Source: an uncultured Acidobacteriota bacterium (GTDB lineage Bacteria > Acidobacteriota > Thermoanaerobaculia > Multivoradales > UBA5704). Taken from it: a stretch of DNA of 64,000 nucleotides. The notes beneath the pieces are model-generated. The model ran no database searches. It was given only the letters and a program-made list of their open reading frames with translations, and was not told the DNA's origin. Position 1 is the stretch's first letter. Each line of letters opens with the position of its first letter. Positions 1 to 8,157 of the stretch are shown one piece after another. The translations under genes were made by a program, and so were the position numbers. The stretch spans positions 2,112,001-2,176,000 of the forward strand of contig CAVYRF010000002.1 in the NCBI GenBank assembly GCA_963770895.1. The letters are read 5' to 3'.

Positions 1-940
1 TCAGCCTGGCGGTCGCGGGCCGCAGGATCTGCGCCTGACCGAAGCGGCCGTCCTGCAGGTGCGCGATCATGAATCGCGCCATGTCCGCACCGGTCGAGGA
101 CAGCGAGCCCGCCGGCGCAAAACCCGTTCTTTCGAAACCGCCCGGAGCGCCGGAGCCGGTCAGGTATCCCCTGGACAGGTCCGCCAGCAGCGCCGGGGGC
201 GGCGGCTGAGCGAACGTCGAGCGGGTCATGCCCAGCGGTAGCAGGATGTGGCGCGCGATATAGCTATCGAAGGGTTCGCCCGCGACGCGCTGGACGATGT
301 AGCCGGCCAGCGTCGCGCCGTAGTTGGAGTAGGCGGCGACCGTGCCCGGCGCAAAGATGCGCTCCGGCACTTCGGCCTTGACCACCTGCCCCAGGGTGGG
401 CGTGGGCGCCGCGTCCGGCACCGAGAGCCCTTTGAAAATGTTTTCGAAGCCGGCGGTGTGGGTCAACAGCTGGCGCAGCGTGACCGGCCGGCCGTCGCGC
501 GGCGGGATGCGGAAGTCCAGATAGGCGTTCACGTCCCGGTCCAGGTCCAGCCTGCCCCGTTCGGCCAGCTGCAACACCGCCGTCCAGGTGAACAGCTTCG
601 AGATCGACCCTTGGCGAAAGAGGGTCCGCTGCGCATCGACCGGTCTGGCGGCCGCGACGTCGGCGAAGCCGTAGCCGCGCTGCGCCAGCACCTGGCCGTC
701 CTTGACCACCACGACGACCGCGCCGGCGATATCGCCGGTCTCGATCGCGTAGGGCACGAGCCCGTCCAACCAGGCGTTCAGATCCGCGGCGTCGAGCGCG
801 TGCGGCGCCGGCGCCTGCGCCGCCGCCGGTGCGGCCGCCAGCAGCGCCAAAGCCACCAGCCACGCGGCGCGACGTCCCGGACACGGCCGGCGATGGCCGC
901 TCCGTCTGTCTGCCGGCGCGGTCGCCGCCGCCCGCCTCAT
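1..940 (-). CDS. Serine hydrolase (beta-lactamase/class C PBP family), secreted; runs off the left window edge
   Basis: Read manually on the minus strand. ATG at 940 overlaps the tetR stop (ATGA). Signal-like WLVALALLAAA, then DIAGAVVVVVKDG, FRQGSISKLF (SxxK), LLTHTAG, YSNYG motifs. Confidence 0.9.
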   Translation of the reverse strand, partial: MRRAAATAPADRRSGHRRPCPGRRAAWLVALALLAAAPAAAQAPAPHALDAADLNAWLDGLVPYAIETGDIAGAVVVVVKDGQVLAQRGYGFADVAAARPVDAQRTLFRQGSISKLFTWTAVLQLAERGRLDLDRDVNAYLDFRIPPRDGRPVTLRQLLTHTAGFENIFKGLSVPDAAPTPTLGQVVKAEVPERIFAPGTVAAYSNYGATLAGYIVQRVAGEPFDSYIARHILLPLGMTRSTFAQPPPPALLADLSRGYLTGSGAPGGFERTGFAPAGSLSSTGADMARFMIAHLQDGRFGQAQILRPATARL

Positions 941-1491
941 GGGGCGTTCTTTGGCATCGTCGAAAGCAGCGCCACCAGGGCCTGGGCGATCTGCGGGAAC
1001 CGCCGGCGCGAGGCGGGCAAGCGCTGGCCGCGGGCGACGAAGCCGAGCCAGGTGAGGTAGAGCACTTCGCCGCGCATCGGGTCGCCGGTCAGGCGCGCCA
1101 GCACTTCAAGCCGCTCCTGCTCGGCGCGATTGACCCGGCGCGCCACCGGCGGCGACGTCGATGCCCAGGCGAAGATCGCCGCGTCCGAGGGGACGTCACC
1201 GGTTTCGCTTTGCGCCGCGTGGGTGACCACCACCTGCAGCAGCCTGGCCAGCGCGTCGGCGCCCGCGGCGCCCTCCATCTCGGCAAGGATCTGCTGCAGC
1301 TCGTCTTCCCATTCGCGCAGCAGGGCGTCGAGCAGCTCGCCGCGGTCCTTGAAGTGCCAGTAAAAGCTCCCCTTGGTCACGCGCAGCACGCTTGCCAGGC
1401 GCGTCACGCGCACCGCGTCCACCCCGCCCTTGAGCAGGGCGCGGCGTGCGGCGCGCAGCCAGTCGGCCTTACTCAGGCTGCGTTCGGTCAC
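937..1491 (-). CDS. TetR/AcrR family transcriptional regulator
   Basis: N-terminal HTH ARRALLKGGVDAVRVTRLA...VTKGSFYWHF. Confidence 0.93.
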   Translation of the reverse strand: MTERSLSKADWLRAARRALLKGGVDAVRVTRLASVLRVTKGSFYWHFKDRGELLDALLREWEDELQQILAEMEGAAGADALARLLQVVVTHAAQSETGDVPSDAAIFAWASTSPPVARRVNRAEQERLEVLARLTGDPMRGEVLYLTWLGFVARGQRLPASRRRFPQIAQALVALLSTMPKNAP

Positions 1492-1515
1492 GTCCGTACC
1501 AGGGAGTATTGATGT

Positions 1516-1533
1516 CCATACCCAAGGGTATGG
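1516..1533. promoter_or_regulatory. Probable TetR operator
   Basis: Perfect inverted repeat CCATACCC-AA-GGGTATGG 25 bp upstream of the tetR start. Confidence 0.65.
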
Positions 1534-1742
1534 TAAAGAGAAAGGCAGCCAGGGTCAATCCGCGCCCGCCGGCTGGGGTGTCCTCACTCGTCGTTGGTGT
1601 TGGCCGGGCCTCGTCAGGCCAGCCCTCCCGCGAGGAGGACTGCGCGCCGCTGCTGCGTGGCGTTGTTCCACTCCTGCAGTGATCCGCCGACGCGGGCCGC
1701 CGGCCTCAACCGTTCAGTCTGTGGAGAGCGGAACTGGCAGGC

Positions 1743-2807
1743 CTACGGTTTGTCTTCCACTTCGTTCTCGCTGGCGGCAGCAGGCGGCCGTTTCGACGAC
1801 CGCCGAGTTAGCCAGTAAGTAAGAATCTGAAGAGCTAGAACCAGGATTACAAGCGGCGCCAACGCGCCCCAGCCATAGTGAACTCCAGCAGCGACTCCGC
1901 CGAGCACAAGCAGGAGTTCCATAATGGTGAAGGCGGCCCACTGCCAAATAACCGATAGCTTGCGGTAACGTGCATAGACCCAGCCAGCGATGGTTGGTAT
2001 AGCCAATACCAGCTCCCACCAAAGATGATCTCGAAACCAGGCCCAAAAGTCTTCGGGAATGGGGCTTCTAACGGGTCTATTCGACTTGGATTGGAGCGCC
2101 CAAGCCAGAGCAGGGTGATCTTCGGCAGGTTGTTCGACCTGAAAGTAGATGGCGTCTATCTTCGAGAGTTCATCCTTGACGTCCGCCTCTGTCCGTGCGC
2201 CACCCGCCAGTGTGACGTCGGCTATGGCGGCTGCCTTCAGATAGTGAGTGCGGTTGACATCCCATGAGGGTGCCTTGGCTATCCAGTCGTAGAGCGCTGC
2301 CGCCCCTTTCTTATCGTGTTGGTAATCGTCGGTTATTGCTCGCATTAAGTCCAGGGCCTTGTCGAACTCGTTGATGGCTGCCATGGCATATTCGGATTGC
2401 TGCGTGTTCGTTTGTGGCTTCGCGCCATATGTATCGGCCGCCATCAAGAATGCCCAGCCTCCATACTCGTACTTGAGTATCAGCTTGGACTTCTCAAGCT
2501 GGGTGTCATCGATTCTGCCCATCGAATTGGCAAGATTGATTGCGTTATTCCGAACGTCCGATTCCCAGCCGGGAGTGGCCACTTTCTTGTCACGCTCATG
2601 TTCAACATTGCCTCGCAACACCAGCACTTCACTCTTGTATTTGGTTACCAGCTCATTGGCGTTTTGGTCGGCACCGTAAAGCAGCGTCGCGACACACACG
2701 ATGGACGCTGCCGCGCAGATCACCCTCCCCGCCGCCGAGGCAAGGCTCCGCCATCCCGCAATGCGTGCGTTGATTTTCGCCTGAACAGGCGCGCGACGTC
2801 CTCTCAT
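1743..2807 (-). CDS. Hypothetical membrane-anchored protein (signal peptide, helical soluble domain, ~3 C-terminal TM helices)
   Basis: 354-aa ORF with natural composition, in visibly lower-GC DNA; start uncertain. Confidence 0.75.
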   Translation of the reverse strand: MRGRRAPVQAKINARIAGWRSLASAAGRVICAAASIVCVATLLYGADQNANELVTKYKSEVLVLRGNVEHERDKKVATPGWESDVRNNAINLANSMGRIDDTQLEKSKLILKYEYGGWAFLMAADTYGAKPQTNTQQSEYAMAAINEFDKALDLMRAITDDYQHDKKGAAALYDWIAKAPSWDVNRTHYLKAAAIADVTLAGGARTEADVKDELSKIDAIYFQVEQPAEDHPALAWALQSKSNRPVRSPIPEDFWAWFRDHLWWELVLAIPTIAGWVYARYRKLSVIWQWAAFTIMELLLVLGGVAAGVHYGWGALAPLVILVLALQILTYWLTRRSSKRPPAAASENEVEDKP

Positions 2808-3021
2808 GCGGAGTAGAGCTTCCTTCGATGCCCGTGGCTATTGCGAAAGGACGGTGGGAGAAAATGCATCAGATTTGTATCGACGGCAAAGCTGCACACT
2901 CTCGGCCCTAGATAAATCGATTGCCCGAGGTGCGGCTTGGAGGCAAGAGCTGAACCTCTAGTCCACATCATGGCCTAGAGGGCACAACCCCGAGGTTCCA
3001 ATTGCCGATGTGCTGGTGCTC

Positions 3022-3195
3022 TTATTGATTGCCCGACGGCCCGTTGGTCCCGCCGTTCGGATAGATGGTCACGTGTTGCTGAGGTGACCTGACGTGACTT
3101 TGTGCTCTGTCGCTTGCTGCACCACGAGAGGCAAAAAAGAGCGCTGCTGCCATACCAAACAGACCTAGAAAAGCCACCTTCAGGCCATAGGACAT
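3022..3195 (-). CDS. Small secreted peptide, 57 aa (MSYGLKVAFLGLFGMAAALFFASRGAAS...NGGTNGPSGNQ)
   Basis: GGAGG RBS upstream of ATG 3195; Sec-type signal followed by a ~30-aa polar tail. Confidence 0.6.
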   Translation of the reverse strand: MSYGLKVAFLGLFGMAAALFFASRGAASDRAQSHVRSPQQHVTIYPNGGTNGPSGNQ

Positions 3196-3933
3196 CTCGC
3201 TTTCCCCTCCAATTGGGTTCAAAGTTCCGCTAACATACCTCCTGTCGGAGGATAGTGTCAACAAGAGCCCTTAAATGCTCATGGCAATTCTGCAATGTGG
3301 TGAATTGCAAGATGGACCTGCCCTGGACGTTCGCGCAGACGTTCAGCGGGGATTCAAGGTGGCGGCAGGCTGAGCGCGTCAGCAGCGAGCTCCTCGAGCA
3401 GAGCTCCTAAGCGACCAAGAACCATCACGTGCCCGCAGCGGATTGCAGCGACGACAGGTACGCGGTGCAGGTTTGCCTTCGTGCACACACACCAACGCTT
3501 GGATAGCTAGAGTTTGGCTGTACCTGGCAGCCCTGCTCGGTCTGTGGATATCTTGGCGAAGGGTTCCGCCTACCCCTAGCCCCCGAGGGTCACCCTATTT
3601 GTCCGATGGGCCATCACTGCCGCCATTGGGGTAGATGGTGTGCTGTACCCCAGGCGCATTAAGAGGCTGAGCGTGAAGTGCTGCACGAGAGACGATAGCG
3701 AAAGTTGCGGCGGCGGCCAGGAGGCAGAACACCGCAAGCTTGAGTATTTTCGTCATTTCATATATCCCTATGGTTAGATTTCGCGCATTGGGTGATGCTA
3801 CTGGCTGGGCTGCCCCCTTGTCAAGACATCTCCTTAACGTAGGTGCGTGCCGGAGTCGAGATGTGCCTCGCCGGCTGGTGCGGGTCCTGCGTGCCCGGCT
3901 CGGCGGGCGGCGCCCGGCCCTGCCGGCGGGGCG

Positions 3934-4767
3934 CTACGCGGGCGGCGTGATCGCCGCGCTTTGCGGGGCCGGGCGGGCCAAGCCCCAGGGGCAGTGCTGG
4001 AGCGATCCGGCGACGGCCCAGGCGGCTCCGGTGAGCGCCGCGGAAACAAAGAATGCCGTCCACGGCAAACGCGTTGCTGGTGCGTCGGCGATGCTCGGCA
4101 CCCAGACCAGGAGGGTGAACAGGCTGAGCATCACCGCTTCGGCGGCGGCCGCCAGGCGCGGCAGCACCGCGACCAGGATGGCCAGGCCGGCGGCAACATG
4201 GCCCGCGCCGGTCAGCCAGGCGAAGCCCTCGTGCCAGGGCAGCCACGCGGGAACCATCGCCGCCGTGCCATTGAGATAGACGAAGTGGGACAGCCCGACC
4301 AGCGGCAGCGCGGCCGCGTACAGCAGGCGCGGCAGGCGCATCGCGCGGCCACCGGTCGCCAGCGCGCCGAGGCCGGCGCCGGACCTGACGTCCCCTCCGT
4401 CGCCGGTGGGGAGGGAGGCAAACAGGATCCAGCCGCCGGTCACCAGCATGAGGGTTTCGCCGAATCCCAGCCACAGGCTGGCACTGCCCGGCTTTGCCAG
4501 CAGGGGAGGGAGCCGGAGCAGCAGCAGCCACAGCACCAGGTTCCCGGTCAGGGCGAGCGTCGCCCACCGGGCCGCGCGCGGCATCAGCATTCCCAGGCCG
4601 CAGGTGAGCAGCAGGGTCCCCGAGGCATGGGCCAGCGGCGCCCGCCAGGGTACCCACTCCGGGACGGGCTGCCATACCAGGGCAAAGTCGCCGGACAGCA
4701 GGCTCAGCAAACCGATCGCCGCAAAGCTCACCGCAAACACCACGCGTCCCAGCCGCATCGAGTCCAT
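3934..4767 (-). CDS. DoxX-like membrane protein
   Basis: Two repeated hydrophobic halves (VPEWVPWR / VPAWLPWH, GLSHFVY); GGAGG RBS. Confidence 0.85.
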   Translation of the reverse strand: MDSMRLGRVVFAVSFAAIGLLSLLSGDFALVWQPVPEWVPWRAPLAHASGTLLLTCGLGMLMPRAARWATLALTGNLVLWLLLLRLPPLLAKPGSASLWLGFGETLMLVTGGWILFASLPTGDGGDVRSGAGLGALATGGRAMRLPRLLYAAALPLVGLSHFVYLNGTAAMVPAWLPWHEGFAWLTGAGHVAAGLAILVAVLPRLAAAAEAVMLSLFTLLVWVPSIADAPATRLPWTAFFVSAALTGAAWAVAGSLQHCPWGLARPAPQSAAITPPA

Positions 4768-4921
4768 CGGGCCGACCTCCTTGTCGCTCTCGCCAGATTG
4801 TCAGTTCGCTCCCCGGAGATGACAAGAACCAGTTTGGCGGCAAGAGGTGATGCCACTACGATGAAGGCATGCGCAAGGCGCCGCCGTTCGCCGGCGCGCA
4901 CCATCTCCCGGATCGAAAGGA

Positions 4922-5485
4922 ATGTCCATGGCACTCACGCAAATTGACGACGTCGCTGCGCTGGTCGTGATCGATCTGCAAAAGGGCGTCGTCGCCCTGC
5001 CGACCGTACACCCGATGAGCGAAATCACCGATCGCGTCGCCCGCCTGGCGCGCGCCTTCCGCGCCCACGGCCTGCCGGTCGTGCTGGTCAACGTGACCGG
5101 CCGCGCTCCGGGACGCACCGAACACACGTTCAACTTTTCACCACCGGTCGACTGGAGCGAGCTGGTGCCCGAGCTGGACCGGCAGCCGACCGACCACACG
5201 GTGACCAAGCAGACGGTCGGCGCCTTCTACGGCACCGCCCTGGAGCAGATCCTGCGCCGGCGCGGCGTCACCCAGGTCTTTCTGGCCGGCGTCGCGACCG
5301 CCAGCGGCGTCGAAGCGACGGCGCGCAACGCTTACGACCACGGCTATCACGTCGCCCTGGTGGTGGACGCCATGACGGATCGGGACGCCGACGCCCACCG
5401 CAACAGCGTCGAAAAAATCTTTCCGCGCATCGGCGAAACCGCCACCACCGACCAGGTGCTGGCGCTCTTGCAGCAGCGGGCCTGA
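4922..5485 (+). CDS. Isochorismatase (cysteine hydrolase) family protein
   Basis: ALVVIDLQKG, VTKQTVGAFYGT, GVATASGVEATAR motifs. Confidence 0.92.
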   Translation: MSMALTQIDDVAALVVIDLQKGVVALPTVHPMSEITDRVARLARAFRAHGLPVVLVNVTGRAPGRTEHTFNFSPPVDWSELVPELDRQPTDHTVTKQTVGAFYGTALEQILRRRGVTQVFLAGVATASGVEATARNAYDHGYHVALVVDAMTDRDADAHRNSVEKIFPRIGETATTDQVLALLQQRA

Positions 5486-5524
5486 TGGGCAGGTTCCCGC
5501 TCCGCCGCGGCCGCCCGCTGGCAT

Positions 5525-7030
5525 ATGCTGGCCGGGCGCCGGCTGGAGCGGTGCCCCTGGCGGTGGGCAAGGAGGCGGACAAGCATGGCAGCGGAATGCA
5601 GGAGCGCTTGCGCGGAGCAGCTATTCAATCGGCTGCATGACCGGCCGGTGGATGCGGCCGCGATTGCCGGTTGCGAAGGGGACAAGGGATCCAAGAACTG
5701 GCCTTGGACCTGGGCGGCGGCGATGGCTTCGGCGCGGCGGTTTGGGGAGCTGGCAAGGAAGTTCACCGACGAGGGCTTCTACTCGACCGAGTTCGGCTCG
5801 GAGCTGTATTGGCCGGACGTGATCGCGGCGCAGATCCAAGGCCTGCGGCAGGCGGTCGCAGCCGGCGACCGCGCGACCGCCGATCTGCTGGCCCCGATCC
5901 TGGGCGGGACGTTCGCCTACCTGGCGGTGACCGCGGTGCCCGGTCCCCGCACGCACACGCTGCTGCGCATGGCAGGTGCTGAGGATGCCACGACGGATGG
6001 CGACGCGCGCCGCTATTCCGGCGGTGTGAGCGTGGCCACTCCGGGTCACCGGTTTCACCCGTCGGTGGTCGCCCAGGGACTGCTGGGGCCGATCCTGGCC
6101 TGGGCGCTGGGATACGCGTCCCGCCTCAGCTTGAAGATCACCGAGGACACGGCCACCAATTTCTGGCCGCTGGCAGCGCTGCAGCTGTCGCTTGGCGCTC
6201 CCTATGGGATGCCGACGCCGGCCGCCGCCTGGGGATTGAGCGACCAGGACCGCACGCTGCTGCGCGGGCTGATCGATGCGAACGACCTGGGCGGGCTCAC
6301 CCACGCGGTCAGCCTGCTGCGCGGATTTCCCCTGGCGGGAGAGCTTGCCATCGAAGTGTGGGGCGCCCAACAAGGCCGCACCTCGCGGCTCAACCATGCG
6401 GTGTCAGGGCTCAAGCCGCAGATCGCGGCGGCGAGCATCGACCGGCAGGGGCAGTACGCGGCCTACGTTCCTGCCGCATTTTTGCGCCTGCAGGCGCCGC
6501 GCGCCCAGTCGGAGGACCTGGGCGATCGCTTCCGGGTTTTCACGCCGCAGGCGTCCTTCGACGTGCCCAAGGTCGGCGGCACGGCGCTCTTCCGCTTCCT
6601 GTGGGACGCGCAGGGCGGCGCGCGCTGGCTCGCACCGAATGCGGCCGACGACGCCGCGCCGCCGCCGGAGCGGCCCCTGCAACCTCAACCCGCACTGCCA
6701 GATCCGCTGCCGCCCGAGCCCGCCCCGCCCGATCCGGCTCTGCCCCAACCCGTCCCGCCGGAGCCGGCGGCGCCCCAGCCCTCCCCGCCGGAGCCGCCGC
6801 CGATGGACCGATCGGCGCTCGGCGCGATTGCGGACGATGTGGCAAAGCTCGGGCTGGCGCGTTCCCAGATCGCGTTGCAGAGCCAGATCGTCAATGAGTT
6901 GCGCGCCGGTCCCAGCCGCCCTCTCAGCCAGATCGCCGATGCCGTGGCGGCGTTCGCAATCGGCGAAGGCCAGGTCCAGGCGCCGCTTTGGCACAGCATC
7001 GTCGATCGCCTCCGGCGCCTTTCCGCATAG
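5525..7030 (+). CDS. Hypothetical protein with Pro-rich linker and small C-terminal helical domain
   Basis: 501-aa ORF with natural composition; PPEP/PQP linker near 6655-6805; start uncertain. Confidence 0.7.
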   Translation: MLAGRRLERCPWRWARRRTSMAAECRSACAEQLFNRLHDRPVDAAAIAGCEGDKGSKNWPWTWAAAMASARRFGELARKFTDEGFYSTEFGSELYWPDVIAAQIQGLRQAVAAGDRATADLLAPILGGTFAYLAVTAVPGPRTHTLLRMAGAEDATTDGDARRYSGGVSVATPGHRFHPSVVAQGLLGPILAWALGYASRLSLKITEDTATNFWPLAALQLSLGAPYGMPTPAAAWGLSDQDRTLLRGLIDANDLGGLTHAVSLLRGFPLAGELAIEVWGAQQGRTSRLNHAVSGLKPQIAAASIDRQGQYAAYVPAAFLRLQAPRAQSEDLGDRFRVFTPQASFDVPKVGGTALFRFLWDAQGGARWLAPNAADDAAPPPERPLQPQPALPDPLPPEPAPPDPALPQPVPPEPAAPQPSPPEPPPMDRSALGAIADDVAKLGLARSQIALQSQIVNELRAGPSRPLSQIADAVAAFAIGEGQVQAPLWHSIVDRLRRLSA

Positions 7031-7147
7031 ATCCGCGACGGAAGCAGCCGGGCTGGCGGGCTCGGGTTGCGTGCTGAATATTGGCGTAATTATTGCAACG
7101 ATAATGATGTGAAGCTCACCCTTCTTTCTTACTGATCGGAGACAGAA

Positions 7148-7591
7148 ATGAAGCGACAAATGGCTTTGGGCCTTGTGGTACTGGCTTGCTTGCTGATGGG
7201 CGCGGCGCCCGCCCCCGCCGCCGAAAAGACGGCAGTTTGTACGATGGACTTCACTCTCGAAGGCTGGTCGGTGGGTTACAAGACCGCCAAGGGCGCGGGC
7301 ACGATCACCTGTGACAACGGCCAGACGGCACAGGTGAAGCTCCATGCGGTCGGCGGCGGCCTGACCGCCGGAAAGTACGCGGTCCGCGACGGTCGGGGCA
7401 AATTCACTCAGGTCGCGGACATCGATGAACTGTTCGGCGACTACGCCAGCGCCGGCGCCGCCGCGGGCGCGGGCGAATCTGCCGAAGCGCAGGCCCTCAC
7501 CAAGGGCGAGGTCTCGCTGGCGCTGACCGGCAAGGGGACGGGCGTGCAGCTCGGCGTCAGCGTTGGCAAGTTTACGATTCACAAGATCTAG
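7148..7591 (+). CDS. Secreted Gly-rich beta-type hypothetical protein
   Basis: GGAG RBS, signal peptide ending APA-AE, Cys pair, GxGVQLGVSVG C-terminus. Confidence 0.8.
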   Translation: MKRQMALGLVVLACLLMGAAPAPAAEKTAVCTMDFTLEGWSVGYKTAKGAGTITCDNGQTAQVKLHAVGGGLTAGKYAVRDGRGKFTQVADIDELFGDYASAGAAAGAGESAEAQALTKGEVSLALTGKGTGVQLGVSVGKFTIHKI

Positions 7592-7822
7592 AAGAATCAA
7601 TCACAAAGCGAACTGATCAAAAGATGGGGCGTGCCGCTGCTGACCGTGATCGGCAGCCGCGCGCCTCGCGCGATTTGATAGCAGTCTTGGCCGGCGATCG
7701 CCGCTATCGAAATCCCGTGGCTCGAACATTGCAGATTAAGGCTGGGAGCGGAGTAGGGGCCTGCGCCCGCAGGCGACGCTTCCGCGCAAGCCAAGTAGGC
7801 TCTTGAGGAAAGAAGGGAAACC

Positions 7823-7903
7823 ATGGAGCTGATTCTGATCGTGGTCATCGTCGTACTGCTGTTGGGCGGTGGTGGCTGGGGATATAGAAGGTGGCGACGT
7901 TGA
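7823..7903 (+). CDS. Small membrane peptide, 26 aa (MELILIVVIVVLLLGGGGWGYRRWRR), DUF3309-like
   Basis: Purine-rich RBS; hydrophobic helix plus GGGGWGY plus basic tail. Confidence 0.7.
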   Translation: MELILIVVIVVLLLGGGGWGYRRWRR

Positions 7904-8157
7904 TCCTCGCCTGAAGAGAACCGACCCGCTTGCGCCTCGTCCACGACGCGGCGCAGGGCGTTAGGCAGCGATTTCGCTGACGCGGAATCGCTGCTCCTGC
8001 CACGACCGGCCGCATCCTGATCTTGAGCCTTACGTTGTTCCAGAAAGCGCTTTGCGCGATTCGCTACGATTGCGCCTGCGTGCGGTATCCGTCCGTCCCT
8101 CCGCCGGCACCTTGCACTACAGTATTGGGCGCGTTTCATCTCACGGGAGAGCCTGTG

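Noticed and set aside
3300-3830. Lower-GC intergenic stretch with short ORFs
   Set aside because: No convincing RBS, motif or conserved structure recognised.
8023-8157. N-terminal extension of the NRPS ORF
   Set aside because: Not domain-like and lacks an RBS; a better start follows GGGAG at 8155-8158.
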